Position numbers and translations under genes: made by a program
Shown: positions 27,776 to 44,590 of the stretch, in pieces
Layout: each line of letters begins with the position of its first letter
How positions within the stretch are numbered: position 1 is the first letter of the stretch
Notes under the pieces: model-generated
Databases searched by the model: none
What the model saw: only the letters and a program-made list of their open reading frames with translations
What the model was told of the DNA's origin: nothing
NCBI RefSeq assembly: GCF_009914755.1
Contig: NC_060940.1
Source: the human T2T-CHM13v2.0 reference genome, Homo sapiens
Length of the DNA stretch: 64,000 nt
Reading direction: 5' to 3' (one strand)

Positions 27776-29557
27776 ATGTGCACTAGCCTATGACACTGAT
27801 AAACCCTAATTGTGCAAAATGTGTGCATAGTTTTTTTAAAAGAAATCACATAGGTCTATGAGTAACAAAATTCAGTAAACCTTCCTCAATCTGGCATTTT
27901 TCTCCCAGAAACAACTGTTCACAAATCTCTTAATTGTTTTCAATTATTCTATTCACCTTTCTATTTCTAAATAATATGCTAATGCTTATTTTCTTTTTTT
28001 ATCTTTAGATATCATCTATCAATTTTCTAGCATGAAGATGAGGTTCAGTTCTTTCATACTCACTGTCCCTTGTCAAACATTCTCTCTTTCTCTCTTCTTT
28101 CTCTTCCCTCTTCCCGAGCCCTCTCCTTTCTCTCTTTCTCTGATTTCCTAAAAATATAATATTTTGTGTAAGTCAACATTCAGTGTTTATTATGTTTACT
28201 TTTGAATGCATATACACAGTGTTTATAACTATCACAATATATGATAAATGTACTTCCTTTCTTGAAAAATACTCTCCCCCCAGAAATAATAGTTGCCTGG
28301 TAAAATTTTGAGGGAATTGTCATTTAATTTTTTGCCTCTTTATCAATGATACATCTCCTGAATCTCTGACAAAATGGCAAAATCTCCTCTCGACATGGTC
28401 TAGACCATCAGTTCCATTTTCTTTTCTGGAAGACAGCCTCACTGAAGCCTCCATCCTGCTCCAATATGGACTGGTTGCTCTCAAAGTTCTCTATACAACT
28501 GTGGTTTGAGACATCTCTTCACCTTCAGACTGGATATTCCCTTTGCCTCTCTCCTGTTAAGTGTCTGTCATCTCCTCTATGTCAAGTCTTCATCTTTCTT
28601 GACTCACTCTTTCATGCTGGTGGTATATCTCTTCCAGAGGCTTCATGAGATGGTGCATGGTACATCTAATATTTTAAGATTGCATGTCTAAAAATATCGT
28701 CTTAAAACTCTCTCACACTTGGTTGCTGGTTTGCTTGGATATAGGATATTAGGTTGAAAATAATTTTACCTTAAAGTTGTGAAAGTATTTCTTCAGGTCT
28801 TAAAGATTTAGCTGCTGCTGAGTTATTATTCCAAATTCCTTCTGTGCTCCTTTTCCCCCTCTCTGTAATCTTTTGGGATTATTTCTTTAGCCTCATATTA
28901 TGAAATCTCAGGATGACATCTCTTGTATTCATTTCCCATTAAATATGCTGGGCACTCAATATAGCTTTATATCGGAAATAAGTCAGTTAGTCATGAAACA
29001 TTTTCTTAATAATTTCTTTAATAATTTTTCCATTTCATTTTTACTATTAATTCTTCTTAAAACATCTACACATTAAATATTAAACTGTGGAAAAGAACCT
29101 CTATTTGTGTCTTTTCTCCCCCTTTCCTCTGAGGGATCCTTAACTCTTCCAGTCCTTCTAATTTTACTTCTGATGTGGTATTTTTAATACAAGATATTTT
29201 TCCCATTTATATATATTCCTTTTCTGTAACATTTATTTCATGAATTCATTATCTGCTCTGATCTCCCTGATGATATAAATAAGGAATTCTTCACTCACAG
29301 CATTTTTCTGTTTGCTTCAAGTGCACTATTTTCCCCCTACATATGTCTATTTATCTGGTGTCCGTCATTCTTGTTCGTGATGTCACTAAAGTGGTGATGT
29401 TCACTGACAGTCATTCACATCTTAAAATGAGAACCAGAGGGCTGATTAAAAGTTTCACGTACTGGGGGGAGATTAATTTATGAAAGCCATTGTATGGGTG
29501 ATAAGGTAGAAATACAGCTGTTTCGTTGAGAGGATTTCAAATGTCAAAATCTATTTT

Positions 29558-29660
29558 TATTGTGTTGTGTTGTGTTGTACTGTATTGTATTGTATAGGAT
29601 TGGATTGTATCCTATCCTATCTATCCATCTATTCACTCATCTATCCATCTATTTATTTAC
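29558..29660 (+). repeat. Compound (TTGTG)/(TTGTA)/(CTAT/CCAT)/(TTTA) simple repeat
   Basis: Read directly. Confidence 0.85.
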
Positions 29661-29713
29661 TTTTTTTCTATTTCTCTTGAGCTGGTCAGTTTTTCTAGTC
29701 AAAAAATAAACTC

Positions 29714-30043
<330 letters not shown>

Positions 30044-31394
30044 ACCCACCTCATATCTCCAAGAATTCTAAGATTGCTTATCAAAATTATAGGAGCCAAG
30101 TGAGGAAAGGGGGTTGGAGGTGGCGTCTCACCTCTCAAGTCTGTAGAGATTCACTTACTCTCTTCCTTTTTGGTATGATGCCTCATTTATATCCTTATCT
30201 GTGCCTGGTAGCCCAAGGCTGGAGTTTCTGGTTCATTTTCTCTAGGTATCAAACTTACAGTCTTCCACTGAAGTTGGTAAGTGTTGGTTACCTGGTCTCC
30301 CTAAATGGTAGACGTGACTTGAGGATCTGAGCGACTTTACATAAAGTCATATGAAAAACTCCTCTGAGTTTGATTCTGCAACTCATTCTGCCTTCTGAGA
30401 CAACTGGAGTGTCTAACTTCAGGGGCTTTCTTAAGTTCTCAGATACAAAGGGGCTTGCGCTTCCTGGATTCCCCAGCTGCTTCCATTTTAGGAAGTCAGT
30501 TTTCACTCTTTCATCAGTTTTCTATCTTCTAAATCTGTGTTTTCATCACTTTTCTACTTTGATTTTCTGTCTTGTTCTCTTTGACTTTTTAGGCTTTTGC
30601 CTCTTTCAGGCTTTTCTTGTCATTTTAGTGAAAAGTTGGGAGGGATCAGTGACAAACCCAGATATTCCTTCACCCATTTTTAGCTGGAAATCCATAACAG
30701 CATTTCCAGGTGATTATTGTCCCATTTCACAGATAAGGCAACTGAGGTAAAGAGAATATTTAGCATACTTAAGGTCATAAATTGAGTGAATGAGCCTGTG
30801 AATTTGGTGCTCTTTCCCGGGGAGTAGCTGACTCTTGCCTTAATCCTGGGCTCTATCCAGCTAAGCAGTCATTATTCTCCTTAGATCTAACCAACAAGCT
30901 CCAGCCCTAGATTTATGAGTCTGCTCTGAACGCTAAAGTCTGAAGAAAGATATATGTGATTTCCAAAGTTTCATGCTCATCCCTTAAATAGATCTTTAAT
31001 TTATTGCCTTGAAATCCAAATAAATAAAATATTGTATATGAATGATGTAATGGCTTCGGGCCAGAGCTCCCTGTGATCCTGCGACAAATTTTGGATTGGT
31101 GTTGCCATAAAACGTCCCTGCCCACACCTCAAAACCACACATAAGCCGTCATTAATCTCTCCGCTTACGAGTTGTGTTGCTATCTCAGATTGATTCAAAA
31201 ATATTTGGGTGTGGGTGCATACAAAGAGTTCACAACATTGTTATATGAACTGTAGTAGATGTTTAAAAGTTAAGTAAAAGAAAAAAATGAGTTAATGCTG
31301 AATATCAGAGTCCAGGGAGATCATACTGATTCCTTTGTTTACATTTAGACATTCTGCGATCAATCTTTACTTTTTACCTTACTTTTTTCTCCTA

Positions 31395-31730
31395 AACATT
31401 TTATTATAATTTTTTTCAAAAATATGGCAAAGTTGAGAGCATTTTACAGTGAGCAATCATCTCTTCCACCTACTTTCTACCATAAATATTTTACTATACT
31501 CATTTTTAAAATCACGCATCTATATATCCCTCTGTCCATCCATCAATTCATTTGTAACACATTTCAAAGTAAATCTCAGATACCTGTACACTTTCCCTAA
31601 CTACTTCAGTGTGCACATTATTAACTAGAGTTGATTATTTATTTACAATATTTTTCTTTCATGTCAAGATTTATACATAACAAAATGCAAAAATCCAGTT
31701 TCCATTCATTGAGATTTTACAAAAGCATTT
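31395..31730 (-). mobile_element. L1ME 3' end
   Basis: cattttattataattttt...gcaaagttg...catttcaaagtaa...tacttcagtgtgcac typical of old L1ME 3'UTR. Confidence 0.65.
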
Positions 31731-32839
31731 ATTTCTTGGTCTTTCATTTTCTCTTGTAGTCTATGCATTTATTTAATTCAATAGATGTTATTAAACACAT
31801 CCCATGTGCCAAACATTTATAATGACACACATTAATATGATGTATGCTAGACAGAGGAGACAGTGGCTAATTCTCATGTTGGAAGTCAGGGAGTTAAGCA
31901 ACAGAGAGAGAGAGAGATGTTACAAAAAGCATTTATCACTGAATTAACCCATGAACAAAATTGAAAAGAATGAGAAAATATGGTGTGTTTAGGGCAAAAT
32001 GCATTGTCTTTTGTAGCCTGAGCCTAATGAGAGTATGCATGTGTAGGAGGGTGGTGAGTAAGAGACGTAATTATTTTAAAAATTCAAAATTCAAAACAAC
32101 ATGTATTAAAAAGTTGGCAATAAATGAAGTGCTTCATACTATAGCACTGAACTTATGAGAAAGCCTGCTCTTCTTCAGCTGTTCCTTCTTGAACCAAAAT
32201 GACAAACTGACAACTCAGATTTTAGCCTGTTTTATTTCATTGATAAACTGCTAAAATTTAGATTTAATGCATGTTTGATTTCTGACTTTTGAAATTTGTT
32301 TGAAATGTTTGAAAATTGACTACACATTTGCTCCCAAATGTCTTAATATAAATGTTTGGAGGAAACAACCAAGTGAGTATTCTAAAGTGTGAAAAGATCA
32401 CTATGAAAAATGCTTCATTATTTAAATCAAACTATAAATGAGTTTGCCACAAACTGGAAAATAAGGAGAAATATTAAGACTCAAAATAAAGCCTTAAAAT
32501 AGTAAAAAAAAAAAAAATGAAAAAAAGAAAACTTTTTCTTAAATTTGTGGATTTATGACTATGAACATGACATGGTGCAAACCTTGTCATCATTCATTCA
32601 TTGACCCAATATGCTCTGATGACAGATGCATAAGAGGGGCTGTGTGTGTGTGTTTCCCTAAAGAGGACACTATTTTTCTGACTCTCCAATTAACTCTCTG
32701 ACTTCTCTGTACTACTCCTGGTTTAGGATCTCACGTCAGACAACATTCTCTACCTGCATCATTATTTTATCCATCTATCCTGAGTGATTTGCACTTCTGT
32801 GATAATGACTACTGTATTGTACTGCTATATAATATGTAA

Positions 32840-33187
<348 letters not shown>

Positions 33188-34064
33188 TAATCTTGAAGTG
33201 CTAACACCATCCCTGGTGCAGAATATAAGTATGTGATCAGTAAATCTTTCTTATGCTGATATATATTATTCAGGCAGTGAATATTAAATTAGTTCAGAGA
33301 ACAATGTATATTATTGAAGAGGGAGTAGTCAGGGGGAGTTTTTTTGGGGGGATAAGGAAGGATGGGTGGAGAGCCAGAGTAGGGGCTAAGAAATCAAAGA
33401 TGGCTATAACTGCACATGCAAGGGAATAGGGATGTACGTAAACATGGTTCATTTGAGATCAGCAGGAATGTTCCCTTTTGGCACTGATGCAATTTATTTT
33501 ACTTTATTCCCTCTTTCACGCCAGAATTTCAGTTTTAGCCTCCTTCTTTCTCTTTGACATTGAACAGAAGGGGAAGAGGAAGGAATTCAAGATAACTGGT
33601 CAGAAGGTACTGTTTTCCATCAGGCACACTCATCCACTCATCCATAAACCCATTCATTTTTCCCATTTATCTCATCCAGTTGTCTACCTATCAAGTCAAA
33701 CTTGTACAAGTAAACCTAGTCTCATCCAAAAGAACAATGGATATCTAATTCAAAAAGGAGTAAAAATGATGTCTTCTGGCTGGAAAATGAATTGAAGAGT
33801 TAAATTAGCTAGACAACAAAGGGTTGGCAGAAAGAGGTACAGTCACCAGGCAATAAATCACTCTACCAATATCAATAACAATTAATGTATTGAGGAATTT
33901 GCAAATAGCTATAACTAGTGCCAGATCATTCTCCATGCAGTGAGAGAGCACAAAGAGTCTAACCACTCCTTAAGACACCTCTGCCAGCCCAAAGCCTTCT
34001 GATGTCTCTCTCAAATATTACTGATGTTCAGTCACAAAAATTTACTTGGAAAAATAATCCACCA

Positions 34065-34460
34065 TTATAATGGGCTACACAGACCCACATATGAGTAAAG
34101 AGCCTATTTATTCAGCTACTGAAAATGCTGCTGGAAAATACCTTTCAGCAACCAGTTATCTTTGGGAAGAGCCTTGGCGGAAGAGTACTGCCTTGCCCAA
34201 CTGGTGCAGCATGCATCCAATGTCTCGTTGACACAGGAGTGTGAAGACCTATTTCTTCACTCCAACTCTAAAAGGCCATCCCAGCTTCAGATGTCCTCAT
34301 GACATCACTCGAATCCTTTGTTAAAACTACCTTGCATCTTCATCACTCCATCTACCCAATTTTTCCTTCCCTATCCTTTTGTAGGTGTTGATTCCAAGAG
34401 TACTCTATAATAAAGTAACTGCAGCATTCATCTCCATCTCAGGGAATCAAACCTGCAGTA
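34065..34460 (+). mobile_element. LTR16 (A/C-like) ERVL LTR
   Basis: aaaggccatcccagcttcaga...aggtgttgattccaagagtactctataataaa...tctccatctcagggaatcaaacctg. Confidence 0.75.
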
Positions 34461-35399
34461 GAAACGAAGACCTATAGGGGAGCTTTCCAAGGGAGGCTCA
34501 GACAGATGCAGATGATCTACTGAGGCCCCGTAGTCACATCCTGCCTATGCAGAAAGTAATTCATAGTTCTCTGAGATCAGCCTAGTGAAAGCCACACTAA
34601 CAAAACAGCTTCATTCAAAATTACCTTATAAGCAGGAGGCTCAGAGAATCAACACTCCAAGACAAGGGTGATCATACCACATTAATTAATCCAATGTCTT
34701 TAATTTACTATGAGGAAATGAAAGTCCATAGGAAATCACTGATGGGGCAGAACAAGGAATTCTGCCATTAGTTTTATGATCCCTCAATATGTCTTCCTGT
34801 TTTATGTGTACTAACTAGAAAATTGTTACTCTTAGGATGTCAGGAACAAGGGGGACTATAATAATTAGGGCTTGAGTATCACTTGAGTCTTCACGCCATC
34901 ATGAGTAGGAGCTCACCAAAGGAAACTGTTTAGTATCTCAGGTCAGGTCATGTAGGAAGTTAGCTAATAAGTTAGCTAATAAGATTTTTCAAATCTTATT
35001 CTGTGAGACACACTGTAATCTGGTAACTATTCCCCCATGTGGGCTTCTATCAACACATCTATATTTCCACCCATTCTTTTACAACTCTTTCTAGATATGA
35101 TTGTGGGCAATCATTTGGATTCACATCAATATTTTCTTGTTACTACACCCATTTTCCCCCTGCTTTCCTCACCACATGTGTTACTGACAGTTCTTTATAT
35201 TATTTAATGATATTTGTTCAAAGATATTTAACAAGGAAACCTGATCTGGAACTAGGACCCAGAACTTCCAGTCCTGAAATTTTGATTCCAGTAAATTGAT
35301 GTAGAAACCAAAGGCACAGGTAAAAATAAGAAGTTAGAAAGGTGAGGGTTTGATTAGTAAAAGAAAATAGTGCAGTTTTACATATACAGGTATAAAGGG

Positions 35400-36225
35400 G
35401 GGGACATATTGTAAATTATTTTTAATGCAAGGCTAAAAATTGGAAAGTTAATCGAGTGTTCAATGGGAGCCAATAAGTGTTTTGAAGATCATGAGAATCT
35501 GTTGGCTGTATGATTTATTGGAGAAGAGAAAGTTTGGATGTGGAAAGTGAGCTAGGGAGACCGTTGCAAGTTTAGGAATGAAGCTATGGGGATTTGCAGA
35601 TAAAATTAGAAGGAGAGAATGAATGTTAAATGTGTTTGAAAGATTGATTCTAAAAGAAGTAGAGTGGTTAAGTGAAAAGACTCTGGAATTTGGCATTACT
35701 AAGGCATGGATTTGCAACATAGGTCCACCACATTTGTTTTGGTATAAACATCTAAACCTCATTTTCCCTAATAAAGTGGGTATATAAAGCTTACTTCACA
35801 TGGAAAGTATTGATACCCTACAAATGCTGGTTCTAATACTATGATTTTGAGAGAGGGCAGGTAGGGGATCCAGAATGACCCCCAGGTATCTCACTTAGAT
35901 GAATGGATTGGTGAAGATGGATTTTCCTGAAATAATAATAATAATAAACTGGGAAGAAGGATTGGAGAGGTTTCAATTCAATTTTGAAGCAGTTGGTTTG
36001 GAGGTACTTTCACAACACCAGTTGGAGATGCCCAGGTATTGACTGGATATATGAGTATGAATTAGAGGAGCATCATCTCGCTGAAGAGACAGATTTGGGC
36101 AATGACTCATAGAGATAAATAAAAATGGACACCAAGTAGTGACTGGCAGAATAAACGATGTGAATCCTTAAGTCTAAATCTTGTGAAACAATAAGGATTG
36201 CAGTTTGGGAAATGGGATGGAAGGT

Positions 36226-36269
<44 letters not shown>

Positions 36270-36370
36270 AACACACACACAGTGAGAGAGCCTTTAGAAA
36301 GATATCAATAGAACCAACAACATGGATTATGAAGAAACACAGAGGTGAAAGAAAGAATGTAAAAACAGAA
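35400..36370 (-). mobile_element. L2 fragments with an inserted + strand MIR (~35655-35820)
   Basis: ccagaatgacccccagg, ttcaattttgaagcagttggtttggaggtac, ggagatgcccagg, acagatttgggcaa; MIR gtagagtggttaagtgaaaagactctgga. Confidence 0.7.
36228..36281 (+). repeat. (CA)n microsatellite with interruptions
   Basis: Read directly. Confidence 0.95.
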
Positions 36371-36421
36371 TGATATGTAAGCATGTGTGGGTGCATAGGG
36401 GTGTAGTCATCGTATACTCCA

Positions 36422-36603
36422 TAACAAAATTTCTAAAACTGGTCTCTACGGAACACCAGTCCCATGAATTAGCTCCGTGAAAGAAAGTAGAAGGAAACTT
36501 TGGGTGTTGCTTTAAGCTCTGACAGTCTCAGAGATTCCTAGAGTAAAACACCTTATTAAAGAATCTCAGAAATTTAGCAGTAAAGCAATTTGCTTAAATC
36601 AAG
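36422..36603. mobile_element. Probable hAT-Charlie-type DNA transposon fragment
   Basis: acggaacaccagtcccatgaa and ttattaaagaatctcagaaatttagcagtaaagcaa resemble MER/Charlie elements; exact family uncertain. Confidence 0.4.
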
Positions 36604-36978
36604 TGATATGGTTTGGCTGAGTCCACCCAAATCTCATCTTGAATTGTAGTTCCCATAATCCCCACGTGTTGTGGGAGGAACCCAGTGGGAGGGAATTGAA
36701 TCATGGGGGCAGTTATCTCCATGCTGTTCTTGTGATAGTGAGTGAGTTCTCATGCGATCTGATGGTTTTATAAGGGGCTTTTCCCCACCTTCACTCTGTA
36801 CTTCTCCTGGCTGCCACCATGTGAAGAAGGATGTACTTGCTTTCCCTTTCACCAGAATTGCAAGTTTCTGGAGGCCTCTCCAGCCATGCTGAACTGTGGG
36901 TCAATTACACCTCGTTCCTTTATAAATTACCTAGTCTTGGGTATGTCTTTATTAGCAGCATGAGAACAAACTAATGCA
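36604..36978 (+). mobile_element. THE1 (THE1C-like) MaLR solo LTR
   Basis: tgatatggtttggctg...caaatctcatcttgaattgtagttcccataatcccc...tctttattagcagcatgagaacaaactaatgca; TG...CA ends. Confidence 0.95.
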
Positions 36979-37267
36979 TCAGTGTTTTAGAAATTGCTTC
37001 TCATTTTCCTACTCAAACATCTTTCAACAAATTAGAATTATTCAGGACAGAGTGCAGTGAATATTCACCATATGATCAAATTCCTCTAGAAGGGGCCAAA
37101 GAGTCACAGGCCTCACGGAAAATAATTGGAATGAATTGGTAGAAGGGAAATGAGATTGTAAGTGATAGAATTAATGCCTGAGAGAAGCATGGGAGGTAAC
37201 TGTAGGCTTTATTTCATGGAATAAAATAATGGTGATCATTTGTAGGAGTACTATGCTCAAGGGAATT

Positions 37268-39440
<2,173 letters not shown>

Positions 39441-40689
39441 AATGTTTTAAAATATTTTGTTTTATGAAGAGACTTCAGCAGTTTTAGAAAGTGAGGGATT
39501 CAAAGGGGGTATGTGTAATTGAAGTGCGTCACTGAGGAAACTGACAGGGGAGGCTTGAGGGTTCAGGTGGAGGGGCTCAGCTGCAAACTCCAAACACTCA
39601 GACCAACATAAACTGAAAGGAAGAGAATCCCAGGGAACTCACTGACCAACAATGAGAAGAAAGAAGCTATACTTGACCTTGAAGCCGGACTTCCAGATTC
39701 AAAGGGAAATGTAGACTGTATCTAGAAAACCACATCTAGTTCTCATCTCCAGCGTGGTGAGAAGCGAGAATGAAAATGTCTCTGAGAACCCATGTGAACA
39801 GGGCTCTGCAATAAATGAACTGCAGTTTAGACTGCAAGAGAGAGAGAAAAAAAATGAATTAGGAAAGCCTGCTGCTTGCTGCTCCAAGAATAAAAGCTGT
39901 AGGTGTGGCCTCAGGGGTCCCAGTCTCGCTTCCCTTCCAGTATTCTGCCTGAATCCATCTCTAATGCAAGAGATCACAACTCTCCATCTTTGGGTTTTGC
40001 CCAAAGGAACCTGCTGCCTGCCTTTACCACCTGAGTTCATGTCCTCTAACGCTGTGTGATCACCTGTCCAGAATGACTCTCCTCACTCTTGTACCCATTC
40101 TTCCTCACTAACAGCTCCCACCTATACTAACCCTGGCCCTGCATTACACGAGCTGCTTAGCTCACCTGCTGATAACTGGCTAAGAGCATAGTATACCTTC
40201 ATCCGTCAGAGAAATGACAAGAGTTCTGCAGAGAAATGCCTGAAATAGGACTGGTGAGATACTGATCCACATATGGACGTACATGTAGGCTTTCTGGTGG
40301 AAACTCACACTCTTTTTTTGTTTGTTTTTTTATTTATACCCACTGCTCCATTTGCATCAAAGTCATAAACCTCCACCTGCTACCACCCACCCCCCCAACA
40401 CAACGCTTCCTAATTTACAGATTGCAATCTCCTGGTAGCTTTCTCATTTTTTCTTGGTAGGTTTAAAAGCTTGATGCCACCAACTGTTTCTCCCCCATCT
40501 GCTTTTCTGTGTTCCTTCGGAGAAGTAAAGCACAGCCTCTTGTTGCACCTAAGCCCCTCCACATATCAAGAAAGCTTACTGTGAGAAGCCTTCGACGAAC
40601 AGCCTCAGGAATGTAAGGTTTGAAGTGATGCACTCTGGAATGGAAATGCCAGTCGCACCACTCCACACCTTTGCCACCTTTGTCACTTT

Positions 40690-40919
40690 TCTCTGATGTG
40701 CCATCTCTTCATCTGTAAAATGCAAACAAGAATTCTTACCTCATAGTAGTGTTGATGGGATTCTGTGAGATGATGTGCTGGAAATATTCTGAACATGGAT
40801 AGTGATGATGGTTGCACATTGTGGTCTGGAAACCACCAAATTGTACTCTTCAAAATAATTAAAATGGTGAATTTTATGTTATGTGAAGTTTGTCTCAAAA
40901 AAAAAAAAGATTAAAAAAA
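40690..40919 (+). mobile_element. MIR core (~40690-40780) followed by an L1MB 3' terminus with A tail
   Basis: catctgtaaaatg...acctcatagtagtgttg; then gatagtgatgatggttgcaca...aaaatggtgaattttatgttatgtgaa...aaaaaaaaaaa. Confidence 0.8.
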
Positions 40920-41732
40920 GTATTTAACACAGAACCCCATAGCCAGAATTCAGCAAATCTCATTACCTCCTCATCAGATGAAAAGTTGCAGCTCCTGACA
41001 GAAAGCCTGGGGCCTTTTGCTTTAGACCAAGTGAAAATTTTAGGAGGTAAGTCCTAAAATCCGAGAGCATTCGCTGGGAAATACACAGGGGTAGAGCTGG
41101 AAGGACTTTCCATGTCTGCTGATCATCCCAACAGCCTGCTCCCCTCAGCCACAAGGTTCAAGAGGCACCCTTGGCCTGGACTTTCCTGGCTCTCTCGTCC
41201 CTCTTAGCCCTGCCCTTGTCCCCAGGGCTCTTCCCTCTGAGAAATGATTGAAGAGTTGGCTTTCAGACGTTGGTCTCCAAACAGCTCCAGAAGCAGCTGG
41301 AAGATTTCATGTGGATGATGATTGTTCACACTTTGACCCATTTAAAAAAAAATAAAACTAAAGCGTGGGAGAGGATGGGTCAGTGAAAATAAATGTCTTC
41401 TCTGGAAGACATCCCACAGCTGTGTGCTGAGGCAGCACAGTGTGGAGGTATTGGAGCTTCCAATATGCATAGTTGTGGTTAGGAAGAAGAGAAGACGCCG
41501 ATTCATAGGTCCCCACAGCTTCATGGTGGCTCCAAACCAGGAATTAGAGGTACCTTTCCTTAACACTCGGATTTGTCAGATGCTGAATGCCCTCAGCATT
41601 TCAGAGTCGATTGAATTCCTTTCAAAGGTGGGATGACACCAAGAGCAAGTTTGTGGTTACTCCATGGAAGCCTGAGTTGGATAATGTGTTGGGGTTCTGG
41701 GTCAGGAAAGTGCACATCAGAATCATGGTTCC

Positions 41733-41957
41733 ACCAGCCTGGGCAACATATTGAGACCCCCATCTCTACACAAAATAAAAATCTTAGCCAAGTGTGCTGG
41801 TACATGCCTGTAGTCCTAGCTTCTCAGGAGGCTGAGGAGGGGGCTGACTTGAGATCAGCTGTTAGAGGTTGCAGTGAGATGTGATCATGCCACTCCACTC
41901 CAGCCTGAGTGACAGAGCAAGATCCTGTCTCAAAAAAAAAAAAAAAAAAAAAAAAAA
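41733..41957 (+). mobile_element. AluJ, 5' truncated, inserted in a MIR
   Basis: accagcctgggcaacata, gagatgtgatc, gatcctgtctc (J-type); A26 tail; TSD aatcatggttccacca at 41721-41736 and 41956-41971. Confidence 0.93.
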
Positions 41958-43189
41958 TCATGGTTCCACCACTTACTGATGACCTTCATCAAATCACATG
42001 ACCTCTCAGGTCCTCAATGTCATAATCTCTGAAATGGTTTGCCTTGCTGTTTCCTTGGGAAGACAAGAAGTCTTGTCTTAATGCGATGAGCTTATAGTGT
42101 CTTTCCCATATAAGACCCTATATTCATGGTAATAATAGCACCAGCAGCAATGCCAATCATGTTGATATAGTTAAATCCCCTGATGTTTCATCATCTTTTA
42201 CCACTTTGTATCACAGAAATGGTCCAAGCAAGGCAGACTTATTTCCAGCTGATGTTTATAGGCATTGTTAACCAAGACAGAGGGAGGGACACCCGGTATC
42301 TGGCAGCAAACCAGATTAAAACTACCTGCCATTTAAAGTTTGCAAATAAACTTCTGGGGAATAATAACAGCTATAATAATAATTATGTTGTTGTCAGTAG
42401 GATGGTACTCCAAGATACTTGTCATGCTGCCCAGAGCTTTTGTTTTCAAAGAGAGATTATCAGAATAATTGCCAATAGTTATTACAATTTACTTAAAAAT
42501 TAGCCAGCTCCAGCCTCAGTGATTTCATCAACAGCTCCCTAGAATATATTTCTGTGCTTCACCTTGAAAAGACAGGTGTGATCCAAAGATTAAAACCATA
42601 GGATAAAATCACCTTCAGTCTTACCCATCCTAACTTGGGAACAATTGTTCAGGCTCAGCATTATCATGGAAATAAAAATCCCCGTACCACAAAAGAAAGG
42701 GTAAGTTGAGCTTTGATACACAGGCAGCCTTAGGAAAGACTCTAAATCTTAGAAGACATAAAAATCAAACAGAACTGAGGTGAGTTCGGTACAAGAACTG
42801 CCCAACTGAGAAGGTCAAGAAGGCAGGAAATGATGAGGAATCATGACTGGGAGCCAGTGACCCAAAATGAGATCAGCAGGAATGTGGCTGTGAAAATACA
42901 GTCCTGCAGGGATGAGTTCTTTTGAAAGGTCTTTACGCCTGACATTGGGGCTCTCAGTGTAACACTAGCAACCTGATATTGGACCCAGATCATAAATAGA
43001 AATGTCCCCTTGCATGTCTCTACTCCCTAATTAGTGCTTAATGGAATCGATTAGGTAATGAGTGCAGGTCATCAGGGAATCAAGGACCATGTTCCCTGAC
43101 AGGGACACAGAAATATGCCTTATAACACTTGCTACTTCCTTCCAAGATAAACAGAGTTAACAATTTGATGTATGTTCCTCAAGACCTAC

Positions 43190-43534
43190 TGTATTAATCT
43201 GTTTTCATGCTGTTAATAAAGACATACCCAAGACTGGACAATTTATAAAGGAAAGAGGTTTAATGGGCTCACAGTTCCACATGGCTGGGGAGGCCTCACA
43301 ATCATGGTGGAAGATGAATGAAGAGAAAAGGTACATCTTAATTGGCAGCAGACAGGAGACAGCATGTGCAGGGGAACCATCAGATCTTGTGAGACTTATT
43401 CACTATCACAAGAACAGCACAAAAAACCTGCCCCCATGATTCAATCACCTCCCACTGGGTCCCTCCCATGACATGTGGGCATTATTACAATTCAAGGTGG
43501 GATTTGGGTGGGGACACAGAACCAAACCACATGA
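43190..43534 (-). mobile_element. THE1 (THE1B-like) MaLR solo LTR
   Basis: tgtattaatctgttttcatgctg...aaagacatacccaagactgg...gatttgggtggggacacagaaccaaacc; 5-bp TSD cctac/tctac. Confidence 0.95.
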
Positions 43535-43569
43535 TCTACAATGCAGTCTGAAATTTAAAAGCACTATCT

Positions 43570-43730
43570 AAGGCTCCAGCATTCCTAGGGTTCAATCTTG
43601 GCTCTGCCACTAACAGGGTGAGTTTGGTCAAATAACTCTATGTCCTGATTTCTTCATGTGTAATATGGGGTGATACTGCTCTGCTACTCTTTAGCAATTT
43701 TATGAAGATTTAATAAATGGATTAAACAAT
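43570..43730 (+). mobile_element. MIR
   Basis: gggttcaatcttggctctgccactaac...tttcttcatgtgtaatatgggg. Confidence 0.75.
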
Positions 43731-44234
43731 CCAAGTAAAGAAAGAGGAGGGGCTCAGTAAATTGTATAGACACAACGGCTATCTTCCCACATGAGAATAT
43801 AGATGAGACCATTATTTTTAACCACTCTAGAATATTATATTTTATGGATGAAACATGGTTATTTAGCCAATCCCATATGTAAGCATATTATCATAACTTC
43901 CATTTTTTTCCTTTCAAACAATGCTAAAATAATCACTCTTGCACCCATTATCTTTATACCTTTACATAAATATTTTTGATTAATAAATTCTTTGAAGTGT
44001 AGTGCATTAAATATCTATCATCGAGTTGTCCTCTAAATATTCTTTGAATCTTGGTGGGTGAAGGGGGTTGTCTAGAAGGACCAAGACATGTTTGTGAAAG
44101 GAAGAACTCTCTTGAGGGGATAATTTTACAGAGGGTAGAAACAATGTATATAAAAGTGTGGAGGTATAAGAGAGTACAGGTGTCACCCTGTGTTTGAGTC
44201 CTAGAATGAGAAAGATGAGGCAAGGCGGGGTTGA

Positions 44235-44590
<356 letters not shown>

